Of a stretch of DNA of 64,000 nucleotides, positions 34,629 through 44,634 are shown one piece after another. Source of the DNA: Blastopirellula sp. (GTDB lineage: Bacteria; Planctomycetota; Planctomycetia; Pirellulales; Pirellulaceae). How positions within the stretch are numbered: the stretch's first letter is position 1; each line of letters opens with the position of its first letter. The DNA lies in the NCBI GenBank assembly GCA_002701545.1, contig NZVR01000152.1, forward strand, positions 8,790-72,789, given 5' to 3'. Position numbers and translations under genes: made by a program. The notes below the pieces were generated by a model. The model saw only the letters and a program-made list of their open reading frames with translations. It did not search any database and had not been told where the DNA came from.

Positions 34629-37502
34629 ATGATGCGGCGCGTCCCTGTTTTCGTGTTGATTCTGCTGGCCTTTTGGACAGGTTCCGGTCAAGCAGCCGAC
34701 CAGGTTGCTTTCAGTCATGATGTGCAGCCGATCTTTGCTCGACGTTGCCTACAGTGTCATGGTTCGGGTAAGCAAGAGGGCGGCTTGCGATTGGATCACC
34801 GTGAGGGTGCGTTAGCCTCGCTGGAGAGTGACGCGCGGGCAGTTGTGCCCGGGGACTTGGAAGCCAGTGCTTTGTTGGCGCGGGTGACTTCGGACGATCC
34901 TGATCTGCGGATGCCTCCTGAAGGCAAGCCACTTACCGAAGCCGAAGTGGCCAGCTTGCGAGCTTGGATCAAGCAGGGTGCGGAGTGGCAGGGTCACTGG
35001 GCTTTTGAGCCACCGGTGGCGCCACAACCTCCAGCTGTCAAAAACAAAGCGTGGGTGCGCAGTCCGATCGACGCGTTTATTCTCAGCCGTCTCGAAGCCA
35101 AAGGGCTTGCTCCCGCTGCGCCGGCCGACAAGGTCGCTTTGATTCGTCGGGCCTACTATGACCTGACCGGCTTACCGCCGACGCCGGAGCAAGTGGACGC
35201 GTTTGTGGCGGATGCATCGCCAAAAGCCTTTGAAAAAGTAATCGATGACTTACTCGAATCACCCCAATACGGTGAAAAATGGGCGCGGCATTGGTTGGAT
35301 CTGGTGCGTTACGCCGAAACCAATGGTTACGAGCGTGACAGTCGCAAAGATTTGATTTGGAAGTACCGCGACTACGTGATCCGCGCGTTGAATGAAGACA
35401 AGCCATATGATCGCTTCATCAAGGAGCAACTGGCTGGGGACGAACTTCCGGACAAAGACAGCGACAGTGTGACGGCAACAGGCATCTATCGCTTGGGGAT
35501 CTGGGATGATGAGCCGGCAGATCGACCACTGGCCCGCTACGACTATCTGGATGACATTCTCCGGACGACCGGTGAGACCTTGTTGGGGATGACGATCGGT
35601 TGTGGGCGTTGTCACGACCACAAGATCGATCCGATCGCGCAAAAAGATTACTACTCGATGCTGTCGTTCTTTTCGGATATCTCACCGCATGGTGGTGGCA
35701 AGGCCAACCACGTGCCCATTTCTTCGTTCGCGGATCAGGCGGCTTACGAGAAGAAAGTTGCGGACAAGCAGCGTTTGGAGAAAGAGCTGACTGAGAAAAT
35801 CTTTCAGATCGAGACGAGCTTTCTGACCGAACTGAAAGTCAAGCATCCTGAGTTGAAAGTGGACTCGGCAAAGCCAGCTGGTCCGGCGGATGGTGTGGTA
35901 CTGGCGGACTCTCGCAAAGCGGGACAGGAGTGGGAATACACACTTGATAAACCCGCAGGCAACTGGTTTGAGATTGCGTTTGACGACAGCAAGTGGAAGA
36001 AGGGCCCAGGCGGATTTGGTACGCGGGGGACTCCGGGAAGTGTCGTCCGCACGGAATGGCGAACGGGTGAGATTTGGCTGCGAAAAGATTTCGGGCTGAC
36101 CGAAATTCCGGCCAAATTGACGCTGACCATCCACCATGACGAAGACGCCGAAGTGTATCTCAACGGTCAGCAGATCGCGACGTTCAAAGGGTATGTAGGC
36201 AAATACAAACAGCTGGACGTCACGATGCGGGCGGCCGATTTGTTGCAAACGGGGCGCAACACCGTGGCCGTTCATTGTCGGCAAACGGGCGGTGGTCAGT
36301 ATATCGATGTCGGTTTGGTTGGTGACTTTAGCGTGACGACTGCTGCTAGTCTGGCCCGCAAATACGGTAAAGAGATTCTTGGCGCAGCTCGGCTCGATGA
36401 ATGGAAGCAGATGCAACGCCAATTGGCTCAAAGTCAATCGCAGAAACTGGAGCTCAAGACCGAGTACGTGATGGCGGTGGCCGAACGTGGTCGCAATAAA
36501 ACTTGGATCTTGGGACGTGGTAATCCTTCGATGCAAGGCGAGGAAGTGGGTCCGGCATTTCCTCAGGTCCTGAATCCTCCGGTTGCTGAGATTCCCGAGG
36601 AATACAACACGGGTGCCACCACGGGGAAACGCCGCAGGTTGGCAGAGTGGATCGCCAGCAACGACAACCCGTTGACCGCTCGGGTGATCGTCAATCGCCT
36701 CTGGCAGCACCACTTTGGCCGAGGCATTGTCCGCTCGTCCAGTGATTTTGGTTTTCAAGGGACGGCGCCAACCCATCCGGAGTTGTTGGACTGGTTGGCG
36801 GTTGAGTTCCAGCGTGGTGGTTGGAAAATGAAGGCGATGCATAAGCGATTGATGCTGTCCGCCACATACCAGATGTCGTCCGCTCACAATGCCCAAGCGT
36901 ATGCGGCTGACCCGACCAACGATCTCTTTTGGCGATTTGACATTCGCCGTTTGACCGCTGAAGAGATTCGCGACTCGATCCTGGCCGTGACCGGCACATT
37001 GAATCTGCAGATGTTTGGCCCCAGTATTTATCCACCGTTGCCTCAGGAGGTGTTGGCGACCGCTTCGCGGCCCGGCGCCGCTTGGGGGCGATCTTCACCT
37101 GAAGAAGCGGCGCGACGGACAATCTACATTCACGTGAAACGCTCGCTACGCCCGCCCATGTTGGCGAACTTTGATGTCCCGGATACCGACACTCCCTGTG
37201 CCGTGCGCATGTCAACGACCGTTCCCACGCAATCTCTGGGAATGTTGAACAGCAAGTTTCTCAACGATCAGGCTGCCGAGTTTGCAAACCGCTTGCGGGA
37301 AGAAAACGGTGACAGTCGCCAGCAGCAGGTTGCCGCCGCGATCCGCCTTACCACGGGTCGTGTGCCTACGGACAAAGAGGTGCAAGGCGATTTGGAGTTT
37401 CTCGACGAACTTGTCAAAGAAGAACAACTTTCCGCAGCTGACGCGTTACGTCATTACGCGCTGTTGATGTTGAACACGAACGAATTCATCTACCTGGACT
37501 GA
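34629..37502 (+). CDS. PSCyt/DUF1549/DUF1553 family protein with an inserted galactose-binding-like module
   Basis: 'CLQCHGSGK', 'KWARHWLDLVRYAETNGYE', 'CGRCHDHKIDPIAQKDYY' and 'NRLWQHHFGRGIV'. An insert of about 130 aa (WEYTLDKPAGNWFEIAFDDSKWKKGPGGFG...LTIHHDEDAEVYLNGQ) lies between the DUF1549 and DUF1553 parts. Confidence 0.9.
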   Translation: MMRRVPVFVLILLAFWTGSGQAADQVAFSHDVQPIFARRCLQCHGSGKQEGGLRLDHREGALASLESDARAVVPGDLEASALLARVTSDDPDLRMPPEGKPLTEAEVASLRAWIKQGAEWQGHWAFEPPVAPQPPAVKNKAWVRSPIDAFILSRLEAKGLAPAAPADKVALIRRAYYDLTGLPPTPEQVDAFVADASPKAFEKVIDDLLESPQYGEKWARHWLDLVRYAETNGYERDSRKDLIWKYRDYVIRALNEDKPYDRFIKEQLAGDELPDKDSDSVTATGIYRLGIWDDEPADRPLARYDYLDDILRTTGETLLGMTIGCGRCHDHKIDPIAQKDYYSMLSFFSDISPHGGGKANHVPISSFADQAAYEKKVADKQRLEKELTEKIFQIETSFLTELKVKHPELKVDSAKPAGPADGVVLADSRKAGQEWEYTLDKPAGNWFEIAFDDSKWKKGPGGFGTRGTPGSVVRTEWRTGEIWLRKDFGLTEIPAKLTLTIHHDEDAEVYLNGQQIATFKGYVGKYKQLDVTMRAADLLQTGRNTVAVHCRQTGGGQYIDVGLVGDFSVTTAASLARKYGKEILGAARLDEWKQMQRQLAQSQSQKLELKTEYVMAVAERGRNKTWILGRGNPSMQGEEVGPAFPQVLNPPVAEIPEEYNTGATTGKRRRLAEWIASNDNPLTARVIVNRLWQHHFGRGIVRSSSDFGFQGTAPTHPELLDWLAVEFQRGGWKMKAMHKRLMLSATYQMSSAHNAQAYAADPTNDLFWRFDIRRLTAEEIRDSILAVTGTLNLQMFGPSIYPPLPQEVLATASRPGAAWGRSSPEEAARRTIYIHVKRSLRPPMLANFDVPDTDTPCAVRMSTTVPTQSLGMLNSKFLNDQAAEFANRLREENGDSRQQQVAAAIRLTTGRVPTDKEVQGDLEFLDELVKEEQLSAADALRHYALLMLNTNEFIYLD

Positions 37503-37541
37503 TTGCTGTAGCGATCAGTCTGCGATTGTGAGGATATAAAC

Positions 37542-39008
37542 ATGACTAACGCACCGCGTGGAAATTTCTGTGGACGTACCCGCCGTGAGTTTTTATGGCA
37601 AGCTGGTGGTGGGTTTACCGCGCTGCCATTGCTTTCGATGCTGTCCAACGACGGGTTTCTGGCCAATCAGGCAACCGCTGCTGATGGCGCGACGCAATAC
37701 GTGAACCCGCTGGCTCCGAAGCAACCGCATTTTCAGCCGAAGGCCAAGAACGTCATCTTTCTGTTCATGTACGGTGGGCCAAGTCAAATCGACACGTTTG
37801 ACTACAAGCCAAAAATGTACGGAATGGATGGCAAGACGGTGGACGTCAAGACCTTTGGTCGCGGTGGCAAGAAAAACGGGGGGCGAATTGTCGAGCCACG
37901 GTGGAAATTCAAACAGTATGGAGAGTGCGGCAAGTGGGTCAGTGACCTGTTTCCCAATCTGGGGACCTGTGTGGATGACATTGCCTTCTTGCATTCCATG
38001 ACTGCGGATTCGCCCATCCATGGCTCGGCGATGTTGATGATGAATTCTGGCAAGGTTCTCAGCGGGAGCCCTGCTCTCGGGTCGTGGGTGAATTATGGCT
38101 TGGGTACCGAGAACGAAAACCTGCCCGGTTTTGTTGTCATGCTCGATCGTACCGGAGGGCCCATCAGTGGCGCCAAGAATTGGTCGAGTGGCTATATGCC
38201 GGCTTCGTACCAGGGCGTTGTCATGCGATCCTCAGGGGCGCCGATTCTGGATTTGCAGCCACCCGCCGGGATGAGTCGCGCGACACAACGCAAGCTGTTG
38301 GATCGCCTGATTGAGAAAAACAAACAGCACCAGTTAAAGCGTGTTCAGAATTCGGATCTGGCAGCGAGAATCGCCAGCTATGAGTTGGCATACAAGATGC
38401 AACAGTACGCTCCTGAGGCGGTCGATTTGAAAGACGAAACCGCGGAAACGCAGGAACTCTATGGATTGGAGAATCCGCGAACCGAGGATTTTGCCCGCAA
38501 GTGTATTCTGGCGCGTCGTCTGGTCGAACGAGGTGTGCGTTTCATCCAAATCTACTCGGGTGGCAATCATAACGATGCGAACTGGGATGCGCATGGTGAT
38601 TTGGAGAAAAATCACAACTACCATGCGGGGAACACAGACAAGCCGATTGCCGGGCTGTTGAAAGATCTGAAACGTCGCAATTTGCTCGACGAAACGCTCG
38701 TTGTCTGGGGCGGTGAGTTTGGACGTCAGCCAACGGCCGAGTACGCGAAAGGATCGGGGCGAGACCACAACAGCTATGGCTTTACCATGTGGATGGCTGG
38801 CGGAGGTATTCGAGGTGGCGTGAGCGTCGGGACAACCGATGAACTTGGCTCCAAAGCGGTTGAAAAACCATTTCACGTCAAGCATCTGCACGCAACCATT
38901 TTGAACCAGCTGGGCTTTGATCCCAACCAACTATCCTATTTTTATGGCGGGCTGGACCAGAAACTGGTCGGCGTGGAGCACGTGGAGCCGATCCAGGAGA
39001 TCATCTGA
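37542..39008 (+). CDS. DUF1501 protein with Tat signal
   Basis: 'RTRREFLWQAGGG', 'FMYGGPSQIDTFDYKP' and 'GGEFGRQPT...GRDHN'. Confidence 0.9.
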   Translation: MTNAPRGNFCGRTRREFLWQAGGGFTALPLLSMLSNDGFLANQATAADGATQYVNPLAPKQPHFQPKAKNVIFLFMYGGPSQIDTFDYKPKMYGMDGKTVDVKTFGRGGKKNGGRIVEPRWKFKQYGECGKWVSDLFPNLGTCVDDIAFLHSMTADSPIHGSAMLMMNSGKVLSGSPALGSWVNYGLGTENENLPGFVVMLDRTGGPISGAKNWSSGYMPASYQGVVMRSSGAPILDLQPPAGMSRATQRKLLDRLIEKNKQHQLKRVQNSDLAARIASYELAYKMQQYAPEAVDLKDETAETQELYGLENPRTEDFARKCILARRLVERGVRFIQIYSGGNHNDANWDAHGDLEKNHNYHAGNTDKPIAGLLKDLKRRNLLDETLVVWGGEFGRQPTAEYAKGSGRDHNSYGFTMWMAGGGIRGGVSVGTTDELGSKAVEKPFHVKHLHATILNQLGFDPNQLSYFYGGLDQKLVGVEHVEPIQEII

Positions 39009-39474
39009 GCAACGGAATCGTTGCCGCTTGGTTCGTCTGTTGCACAGGATCGTACTGCGATTCCGTCGTGATAACGCACTGCACCGGGTGCGGATCTTGC
39101 GAACGCAGGCTGCAAAGGATGGTGGTGGGATGCGGAAACTGCTCCACCCGCTGAGCCATGCGCCGCTGGGCCATGGGAATCGCGGGAGGCTGTCTTGGTC
39201 CCGCCGCACCCTTGGCGCGGGTGCTGAATTCGCCTTACAACAGTGCAAGACGTGGTGTCGTTGCCCCTCCGTAATTCCCAAGGGACGTCCAGTTTGTTAC
39301 GGTGTGCTGTAGGGATCGATCTGGCGTCTGCAGACGATACCTGCAGACGGTGGAAGCTGACATTGGCGACGCTTTTTACCTCCATTTGGGGTGTGTGCAT
39401 TGACCGTAATCGACTGCGGTGGAGACGTTACCAGGAGGGCCTGAGTTGGCCTTGATGTGGAGAAAGGAAATCTG

Positions 39475-40011
39475 ATGACTGATGATCATCTGGCTGGAAA
39501 TATGAGCTCGGCAACTCGGGATGAAGTTCGCGGATTGCTCGCGCAGTTGGAAAGTGATGACGCTGCTACCCGATTGGAGGCACGCTCGAAGTTAAGTGAA
39601 GTTGGGGTAGCCGCTGCCGAAGGACTACGGACGTGTCTTTATGATCCCCAGCAGCATGTGCGCTGGGAAGCAGCCAAGACACTGGTTACGATTGCCGACC
39701 CACACGCCGCCGCCGCGTTGGTGCACGCTTTGGATGACGAAGATCAAGATGTGCGGTGGGTCGCTGGGGAAGCGTTGATTGCCCTTGGCGAAGCGGGTAT
39801 CCCAGCACTGTTGATGGGTTTGATCCGACACAGTGGATCCGGAGATTTTCTGCGTGCAGCCCATCATGTCTTGCATGACCTGGCGCAAAAACATGCCAAC
39901 GTTGCTTTGCAGGAAGTCTTGGATGCCATTGACGGTGCGGAGCCAGCGGTTGCCGTGCCTCCCACGGCGCTGACCGTGCTGAGATCCTTGACCATTGATG
40001 GCGATGCTTGA
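39475..40011 (+). CDS. Small HEAT-repeat (PBS-lyase HEAT-like) protein
   Basis: Repeats 'DDAATRLEARSKLSEVG', 'PQQHVRWEAAKTLVTIADPHAAAALVHALDDEDQDVRWVAGEALIALG'. ATG 39475 follows a ggagaaagga SD-like element. Confidence 0.7.
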   Translation: MTDDHLAGNMSSATRDEVRGLLAQLESDDAATRLEARSKLSEVGVAAAEGLRTCLYDPQQHVRWEAAKTLVTIADPHAAAALVHALDDEDQDVRWVAGEALIALGEAGIPALLMGLIRHSGSGDFLRAAHHVLHDLAQKHANVALQEVLDAIDGAEPAVAVPPTALTVLRSLTIDGDA

Positions 40012-40213
40012 CCGCCCCTTCGGTTGGCACTCTTCCACAGATGTTCTGTCGACCAGCTGAGAGGCTGTTCCAGCTTCCATCCGTCGACCATGGCCTGCCC
40101 TGTGTCTGGTGACGCGGCGGCGTCGTTGCGTACCACGCACATTTCCATGCAGATTGCAGAGTTGGTACGATGTCGTCCAAGCACATCGATGACAGGTACC
40201 TGAGGAGAGCGTT

Positions 40214-41689
40214 ATGGCCGCACCGGATTGTTCGCGACGCAATTTTCTTCAGTCGACCGCTGCGTCCGGAGCGGTTGCGGGATTATTGGCTACGACCGCA
40301 GCACGGGCAGGCGGAGCGAATCAACGCTTGCGCATAGGCGTGATTGGAGCCGGCAATCGCGGTTTCAACACGCTGACGAAGACGCTGAGCAGACTTCGTC
40401 AAGCCGGGCGGCAACTGGATCTGGTCTCCGTTGCTGATGTCTATGCCGTGCATCGTCAGAGGTGGGTGGACTATGTCCAGCAACAGACGGGCGTGAAGGC
40501 GTCGTCGCACCTGGACTATCATGATCTGCTGCAAGAGAAGAACCTGGACGCCGTAGTCATTGCCACCCCTGACCATTGGCATGCCAAGATCACGTTGGAT
40601 GCGCTCGCAGCAGGCAAAGATGTCTACTGTGAAAAGCCGATGACACACACGATCGAAGAAGGCCGCCAGGTGGTGTCGGCTTGGAAGAACAGCGGTCGAG
40701 TGATGCAAGTGGGTGTGCAGTTGACCAGTTTGCCCGTCTGGGACATGGCTCGCGAAATGATTAACCAAGGCAAGCTTGGGAAAGTCGTGCAGTTCCAAAC
40801 CGAAAGTGCGCGCAACAGTAAGTTTGGCATGTCTCGACACAATGTCATCACGAAAGAAATGACGCCGCAGACAGTCGACTTTCGTCGATTCCTCGGGGTC
40901 GACGAGGGCTTTCACCCGGAGGTGCCATTTGATCGCTCACTCTTTGGGCAATGGCGATGTTACTGGGCGTTTGGTTATGGGATGTATTCTGATTTATTCG
41001 TGCATCGTGTGACCGGGATGCTGAAGGCCACCGGTTTGCGAATGCCCGGACGGGTGGTCGGCGGCGGCGGCATCTTTTTGGAATACGATGATCGGCAAGT
41101 GGCAGATGTTGCGTCGATCATCGCCGACTTCTATGAAGGGGTGCAAGGACTGGTCAGCAGCGCCATGGTCAGCGAAGAATTAAAACTGGAGCATGTCATT
41201 CGAGGGCATCATGGGCTGCTGCGTTTCGACAAGAACTGCTCAGGAAATAGTGGTAAAGGAACATTTGAGTTTCTGCCAGAACGACCACAGGTCACGCGTG
41301 ACAGTGACAGCAAAGCGGAAACGTTCGAAGCTGCCACCCAATTGAATATCGTTGCGACCCATATGAGCAATTGGCTGGACGCCATCGAGTCAGGTCGGCC
41401 CGAGATGGTGAATAACGACCCGGCTTTGGGGGCGGCAGCGGTGATGTTGGTGAATCTGGCGGTTCGTAGCTATCGCGAAGGCAAAGTGTTTCAGGTGGAC
41501 CGCCAGGGCGAGATTCAGAACGGTGACGGCAGCTGGGCCGCTCGCTGGGAGCAGATGTCGCAGACGCAAGCCAAACCGCAGCATGTGCCGGGCTGGGCAG
41601 CAGCGGAGGTCGGCAGCGTGCTTTACCCGCCCGAGTACCAGAAACTTGCCGGGCCGTGGAAGGATGGTCGGCCACCGGAAGCCGGCTAA
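40214..41689 (+). CDS. Gfo/Idh/MocA-family oxidoreductase with Tat signal
   Basis: 'SRRNFLQSTAASGAVAGLLATTA' Tat signal, 'RIGVIGAGNRG' Rossmann motif and 'DAVVIATPDHWHA...VYCEKP' family motifs. Confidence 0.85.
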   Translation: MAAPDCSRRNFLQSTAASGAVAGLLATTAARAGGANQRLRIGVIGAGNRGFNTLTKTLSRLRQAGRQLDLVSVADVYAVHRQRWVDYVQQQTGVKASSHLDYHDLLQEKNLDAVVIATPDHWHAKITLDALAAGKDVYCEKPMTHTIEEGRQVVSAWKNSGRVMQVGVQLTSLPVWDMAREMINQGKLGKVVQFQTESARNSKFGMSRHNVITKEMTPQTVDFRRFLGVDEGFHPEVPFDRSLFGQWRCYWAFGYGMYSDLFVHRVTGMLKATGLRMPGRVVGGGGIFLEYDDRQVADVASIIADFYEGVQGLVSSAMVSEELKLEHVIRGHHGLLRFDKNCSGNSGKGTFEFLPERPQVTRDSDSKAETFEAATQLNIVATHMSNWLDAIESGRPEMVNNDPALGAAAVMLVNLAVRSYREGKVFQVDRQGEIQNGDGSWAARWEQMSQTQAKPQHVPGWAAAEVGSVLYPPEYQKLAGPWKDGRPPEAG

Positions 41690-41774
41690 CCACTGACGGG
41701 TTGGTGGCATCAGCGGCAGGAACGTCTCACCCGGCGCCTTGGATGCAAAAACGCAGAGCGATTATAATGCCCGT

Positions 41775-44630
41775 ATGGCATTCCAGCGTCTCATTCTCAT
41801 GGTGGTAGCTTGCACACTGCCGCTCCTGTTCGTATCGATTCATCGAGCGGAAGAGCCAGCGCTGTTGTTTGAGACGCAGGTTCAGCCGGTGTTGATGAAA
41901 AAGTGTGGGAAGTGCCATAGCCAGCGCGTGCAGAAGGCAGCGCTGAATCTGTCAACGTTCGCGGGCTTACGACGCGGTGGTGAGTCAGGAGAACCCTTGC
42001 TTGCCGAGACTCTGGCGGACAGTTTGTTGTGGACCATGATCGATGGTGGTGACATGCCGCCGGCAGGTGAGCCGCCTTTAAGTGACGCCGAAGTGGCTGG
42101 GATCCGCAAGTGGATTCGCGCGGGTGCTCCGTCGCAGCAGCCAGCGACTCCCGAGCAGGAGGTCCACCAACACGATGTGCTGCCTATTGTTCTGTTGCGC
42201 TGCACCGTTTGTCATGGCGGGCGTCTCCAGGATGGCGGTCTCGATCTGCGTACGCCGGCGGCGATGCTGCGTGGCGGCGATAGCGGCCCGGCGTTTGTAC
42301 CTGGCGATCCCGATGGCAGTCGCATGTTGCAGCGGATTGCAAGCGAAGCCTGTCCGCCACGCGACAAGCTGTTGAAATTCTTTGTTCGGCGACCGCCGCC
42401 CAATGAAGTTGAGGTGCTGCGCCAGTGGATTGCCGCGGGAGCTCCGGTGGTGGATATGAGTCCGGATGTCGCGACACGCGATCCGGACCCACTGGTCTCC
42501 GACACGGATCGTCAGCACTGGGCCTTTCGGCCGTTGTCGCAGACTGAAACCGCGCGCTCCGTGGATGAATTCGTTCTGCCGAAGCTGCAAGCCGCGGGGC
42601 TGAGTTTCTCGGCGTTCGCCGACCGGGATACGCTCATACGCCGCGCCTACCTGGATTTGATCGGCATGCCCCCGAGTGTTGACGAATGGAAACGCTGGCG
42701 TGCTTGTGAAGACTCGGATTGGTATCGCCAGATGGTCGACGCGTTGCTTGATTCGCCACACTATGGCGAACGTTGGGGACGGTATTGGCTGGACGTTGCG
42801 GGCTATGCCGATTCAGAAGGAGGAGTGTCGGCGGATCCGGTGCGGCAAGTTGCCTGGAAGTATCGCGATTACGTGATTCGAGCGTTTAATCGCGACAAAC
42901 CTTACGACCGCTTTCTGACCGAGCAAATCGCCGGCGACGAGTTGCACGACTACGAAAACGCACCGCGCGTTACCGACGAGATGGTCGAGCATTTGATCGC
43001 CACGGGATTTTTGCGAATGGGAATTGATCAGACCGGTTCGCGAACGATGAACTTTGTTCCGGAAAGGTTAGGGGTGATCGATGACGCCATTCGCGTGCTC
43101 GGTTCCGGTGTCCTGGGCCTGACTCTGGAATGCGCCCGCTGTCATTCGCACAAATACGACCCGGTGCCCCAACGCGACTACTATCGATTCAAAGCGATTT
43201 TTCAAGGTGCTTTGGATGAGCACGATTGGCTGACGTTTAAGAATCGATCTTTGAACGTGGCAACTGCCACAAGGCGTCAGCGCGTGGCGAAACGCAATCC
43301 GCCTTTGTTGGCTGAGATCAAGAAGCAGACGAATCGGCACAAGCGGGCGATCGCTGAGCAGCAGCTGGAGACGTTGCGTCAGCACTATCCGGGGCAGTCC
43401 GAGGCAGATCGCACTGCGACGTTGCAAGCCTTACGGATCGCCGACAACAACCGCTCGCAAACACAGCGGATTTTGGTTGAGCAACTTCAATCGGCCGAGG
43501 TGATTCCCGCCGCGGAGCAGCCTCAGGCAGTATTGGATGCGCGGTCCCGAGTGGCCGCAATGGAGCACGAGATAGCAAATCTGCGACGACAGTTAGAGGA
43601 ACCGCTGACGATTCGAGCTTTATGGGATCGTGGTAAGCCTTCGCCCACCTATCTGCTGCGGCGCGGCGAGCATGATCAACCAGGTCAATGGGTTGGCCCA
43701 GGGGTGCCGTCGGTGTTGACCGATGGCAAAACGCCCTTCCAGGTGACGCCTCCGTTTGTAGGTAAGACCGGGCGTCGTTTGGCGTTTGCGCGTTGGTTGA
43801 CGTCACCCGAGCATCCGCTCACCGCACGTGTCATGGTGAATCGCATCTGGCATCATCATTTCGGCACGGGGCTGGTCAAGAGTTTGGAGAATTTTGGACT
43901 CCAAGGCGAACGACCATCTCATCCCGAGTTATTGGATTGGTTGGCCGCCGAATTCATGGCACGCGGCTGGAGCGTGAAAGCCATGCATCGTTTGATCATG
44001 AACTCGCGGACGTATCGGCAGTCGAGTCGGATTGTCGGTGATCGGCAGCAGCGAGATCCTCAGAATCGGTTGCTGTCGCACATGCCGTTACGGCGCATGG
44101 ATGCAGAGACGTTGCGGGATTCGCTGCTGCGCGTTTCGGGTAAACTGGACGTCACTCCGTTTGGTGTGCCGGATGCAGTTGCGGTCAATCATGCTGGGTT
44201 GGTGAGTGTGTTGCCGACGCCGAAGGGTGGCTGGCGGAGGAGCATCTATATTCAGTACCGACGTACTGAGATTCCCACCATGATGGATACGTTTGACTAT
44301 CCGGAGATGGGTCCGAACTGCGTCGTTCGCAATGTGTCGAATGTGTCACCGCAGTCATTGATGTTGATGAACAACGGGCATGTGCACGCATTGGCAGGCG
44401 CGATGGCCAAACGCATTCTCGCTCAGGAGATACCGGAGGGCGAACATGGATTGCTGGTCGATGCGGTTTATCAACTAGCGCTCACGCGACAGCCTACCCC
44501 ACGCGAACGTGACTTGGGTGTGGAGACTTACGGCAAGTTGTCTGCTGCCTGGCAACATGATTCGATGGCGGCCATGACCTCTTACTGCCATCTGATTCTG
44601 AATTCGGCCGCGTTTCTTTATATCGATTGA
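41775..44630 (+). CDS. PSCyt (two CxxCH motifs)/DUF1549/DUF1553 family protein
   Basis: 'CGKCHS' and 'CTVCHGG', 'RWGRYWLDVAGYADSEG', 'CARCHSHKYDPVPQRDYYRFKAIF' and 'NRIWHHHFGTGLV'. ATG 41775 (MAFQRLILMVV) is preferred as the start. Confidence 0.9.
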   Translation: MAFQRLILMVVACTLPLLFVSIHRAEEPALLFETQVQPVLMKKCGKCHSQRVQKAALNLSTFAGLRRGGESGEPLLAETLADSLLWTMIDGGDMPPAGEPPLSDAEVAGIRKWIRAGAPSQQPATPEQEVHQHDVLPIVLLRCTVCHGGRLQDGGLDLRTPAAMLRGGDSGPAFVPGDPDGSRMLQRIASEACPPRDKLLKFFVRRPPPNEVEVLRQWIAAGAPVVDMSPDVATRDPDPLVSDTDRQHWAFRPLSQTETARSVDEFVLPKLQAAGLSFSAFADRDTLIRRAYLDLIGMPPSVDEWKRWRACEDSDWYRQMVDALLDSPHYGERWGRYWLDVAGYADSEGGVSADPVRQVAWKYRDYVIRAFNRDKPYDRFLTEQIAGDELHDYENAPRVTDEMVEHLIATGFLRMGIDQTGSRTMNFVPERLGVIDDAIRVLGSGVLGLTLECARCHSHKYDPVPQRDYYRFKAIFQGALDEHDWLTFKNRSLNVATATRRQRVAKRNPPLLAEIKKQTNRHKRAIAEQQLETLRQHYPGQSEADRTATLQALRIADNNRSQTQRILVEQLQSAEVIPAAEQPQAVLDARSRVAAMEHEIANLRRQLEEPLTIRALWDRGKPSPTYLLRRGEHDQPGQWVGPGVPSVLTDGKTPFQVTPPFVGKTGRRLAFARWLTSPEHPLTARVMVNRIWHHHFGTGLVKSLENFGLQGERPSHPELLDWLAAEFMARGWSVKAMHRLIMNSRTYRQSSRIVGDRQQRDPQNRLLSHMPLRRMDAETLRDSLLRVSGKLDVTPFGVPDAVAVNHAGLVSVLPTPKGGWRRSIYIQYRRTEIPTMMDTFDYPEMGPNCVVRNVSNVSPQSLMLMNNGHVHALAGAMAKRILAQEIPEGEHGLLVDAVYQLALTRQPTPRERDLGVETYGKLSAAWQHDSMAAMTSYCHLILNSAAFLYID

Positions 44631-44634
44631 CCAG

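Noticed and set aside
35682-36896. 404-aa minus-strand ORF; similar long antisense ORFs at 24419-25459, 27101-28066, 50607-51884, 38334-38930 and 61226-62137(+)
   Set aside because: Each is embedded antisense in a gene with clear family motifs (DUF1553, SASA esterase, spermidine-synthase-like, ceramidase-like, DUF1501, Ro60). None shows any recognisable domain.
39009-39024. Small hairpin GCAACG-GAAT-CGTTGC right after the DUF1501 stop as a terminator
   Set aside because: It has only 6 bp and no following U-tract, which is too weak to call.
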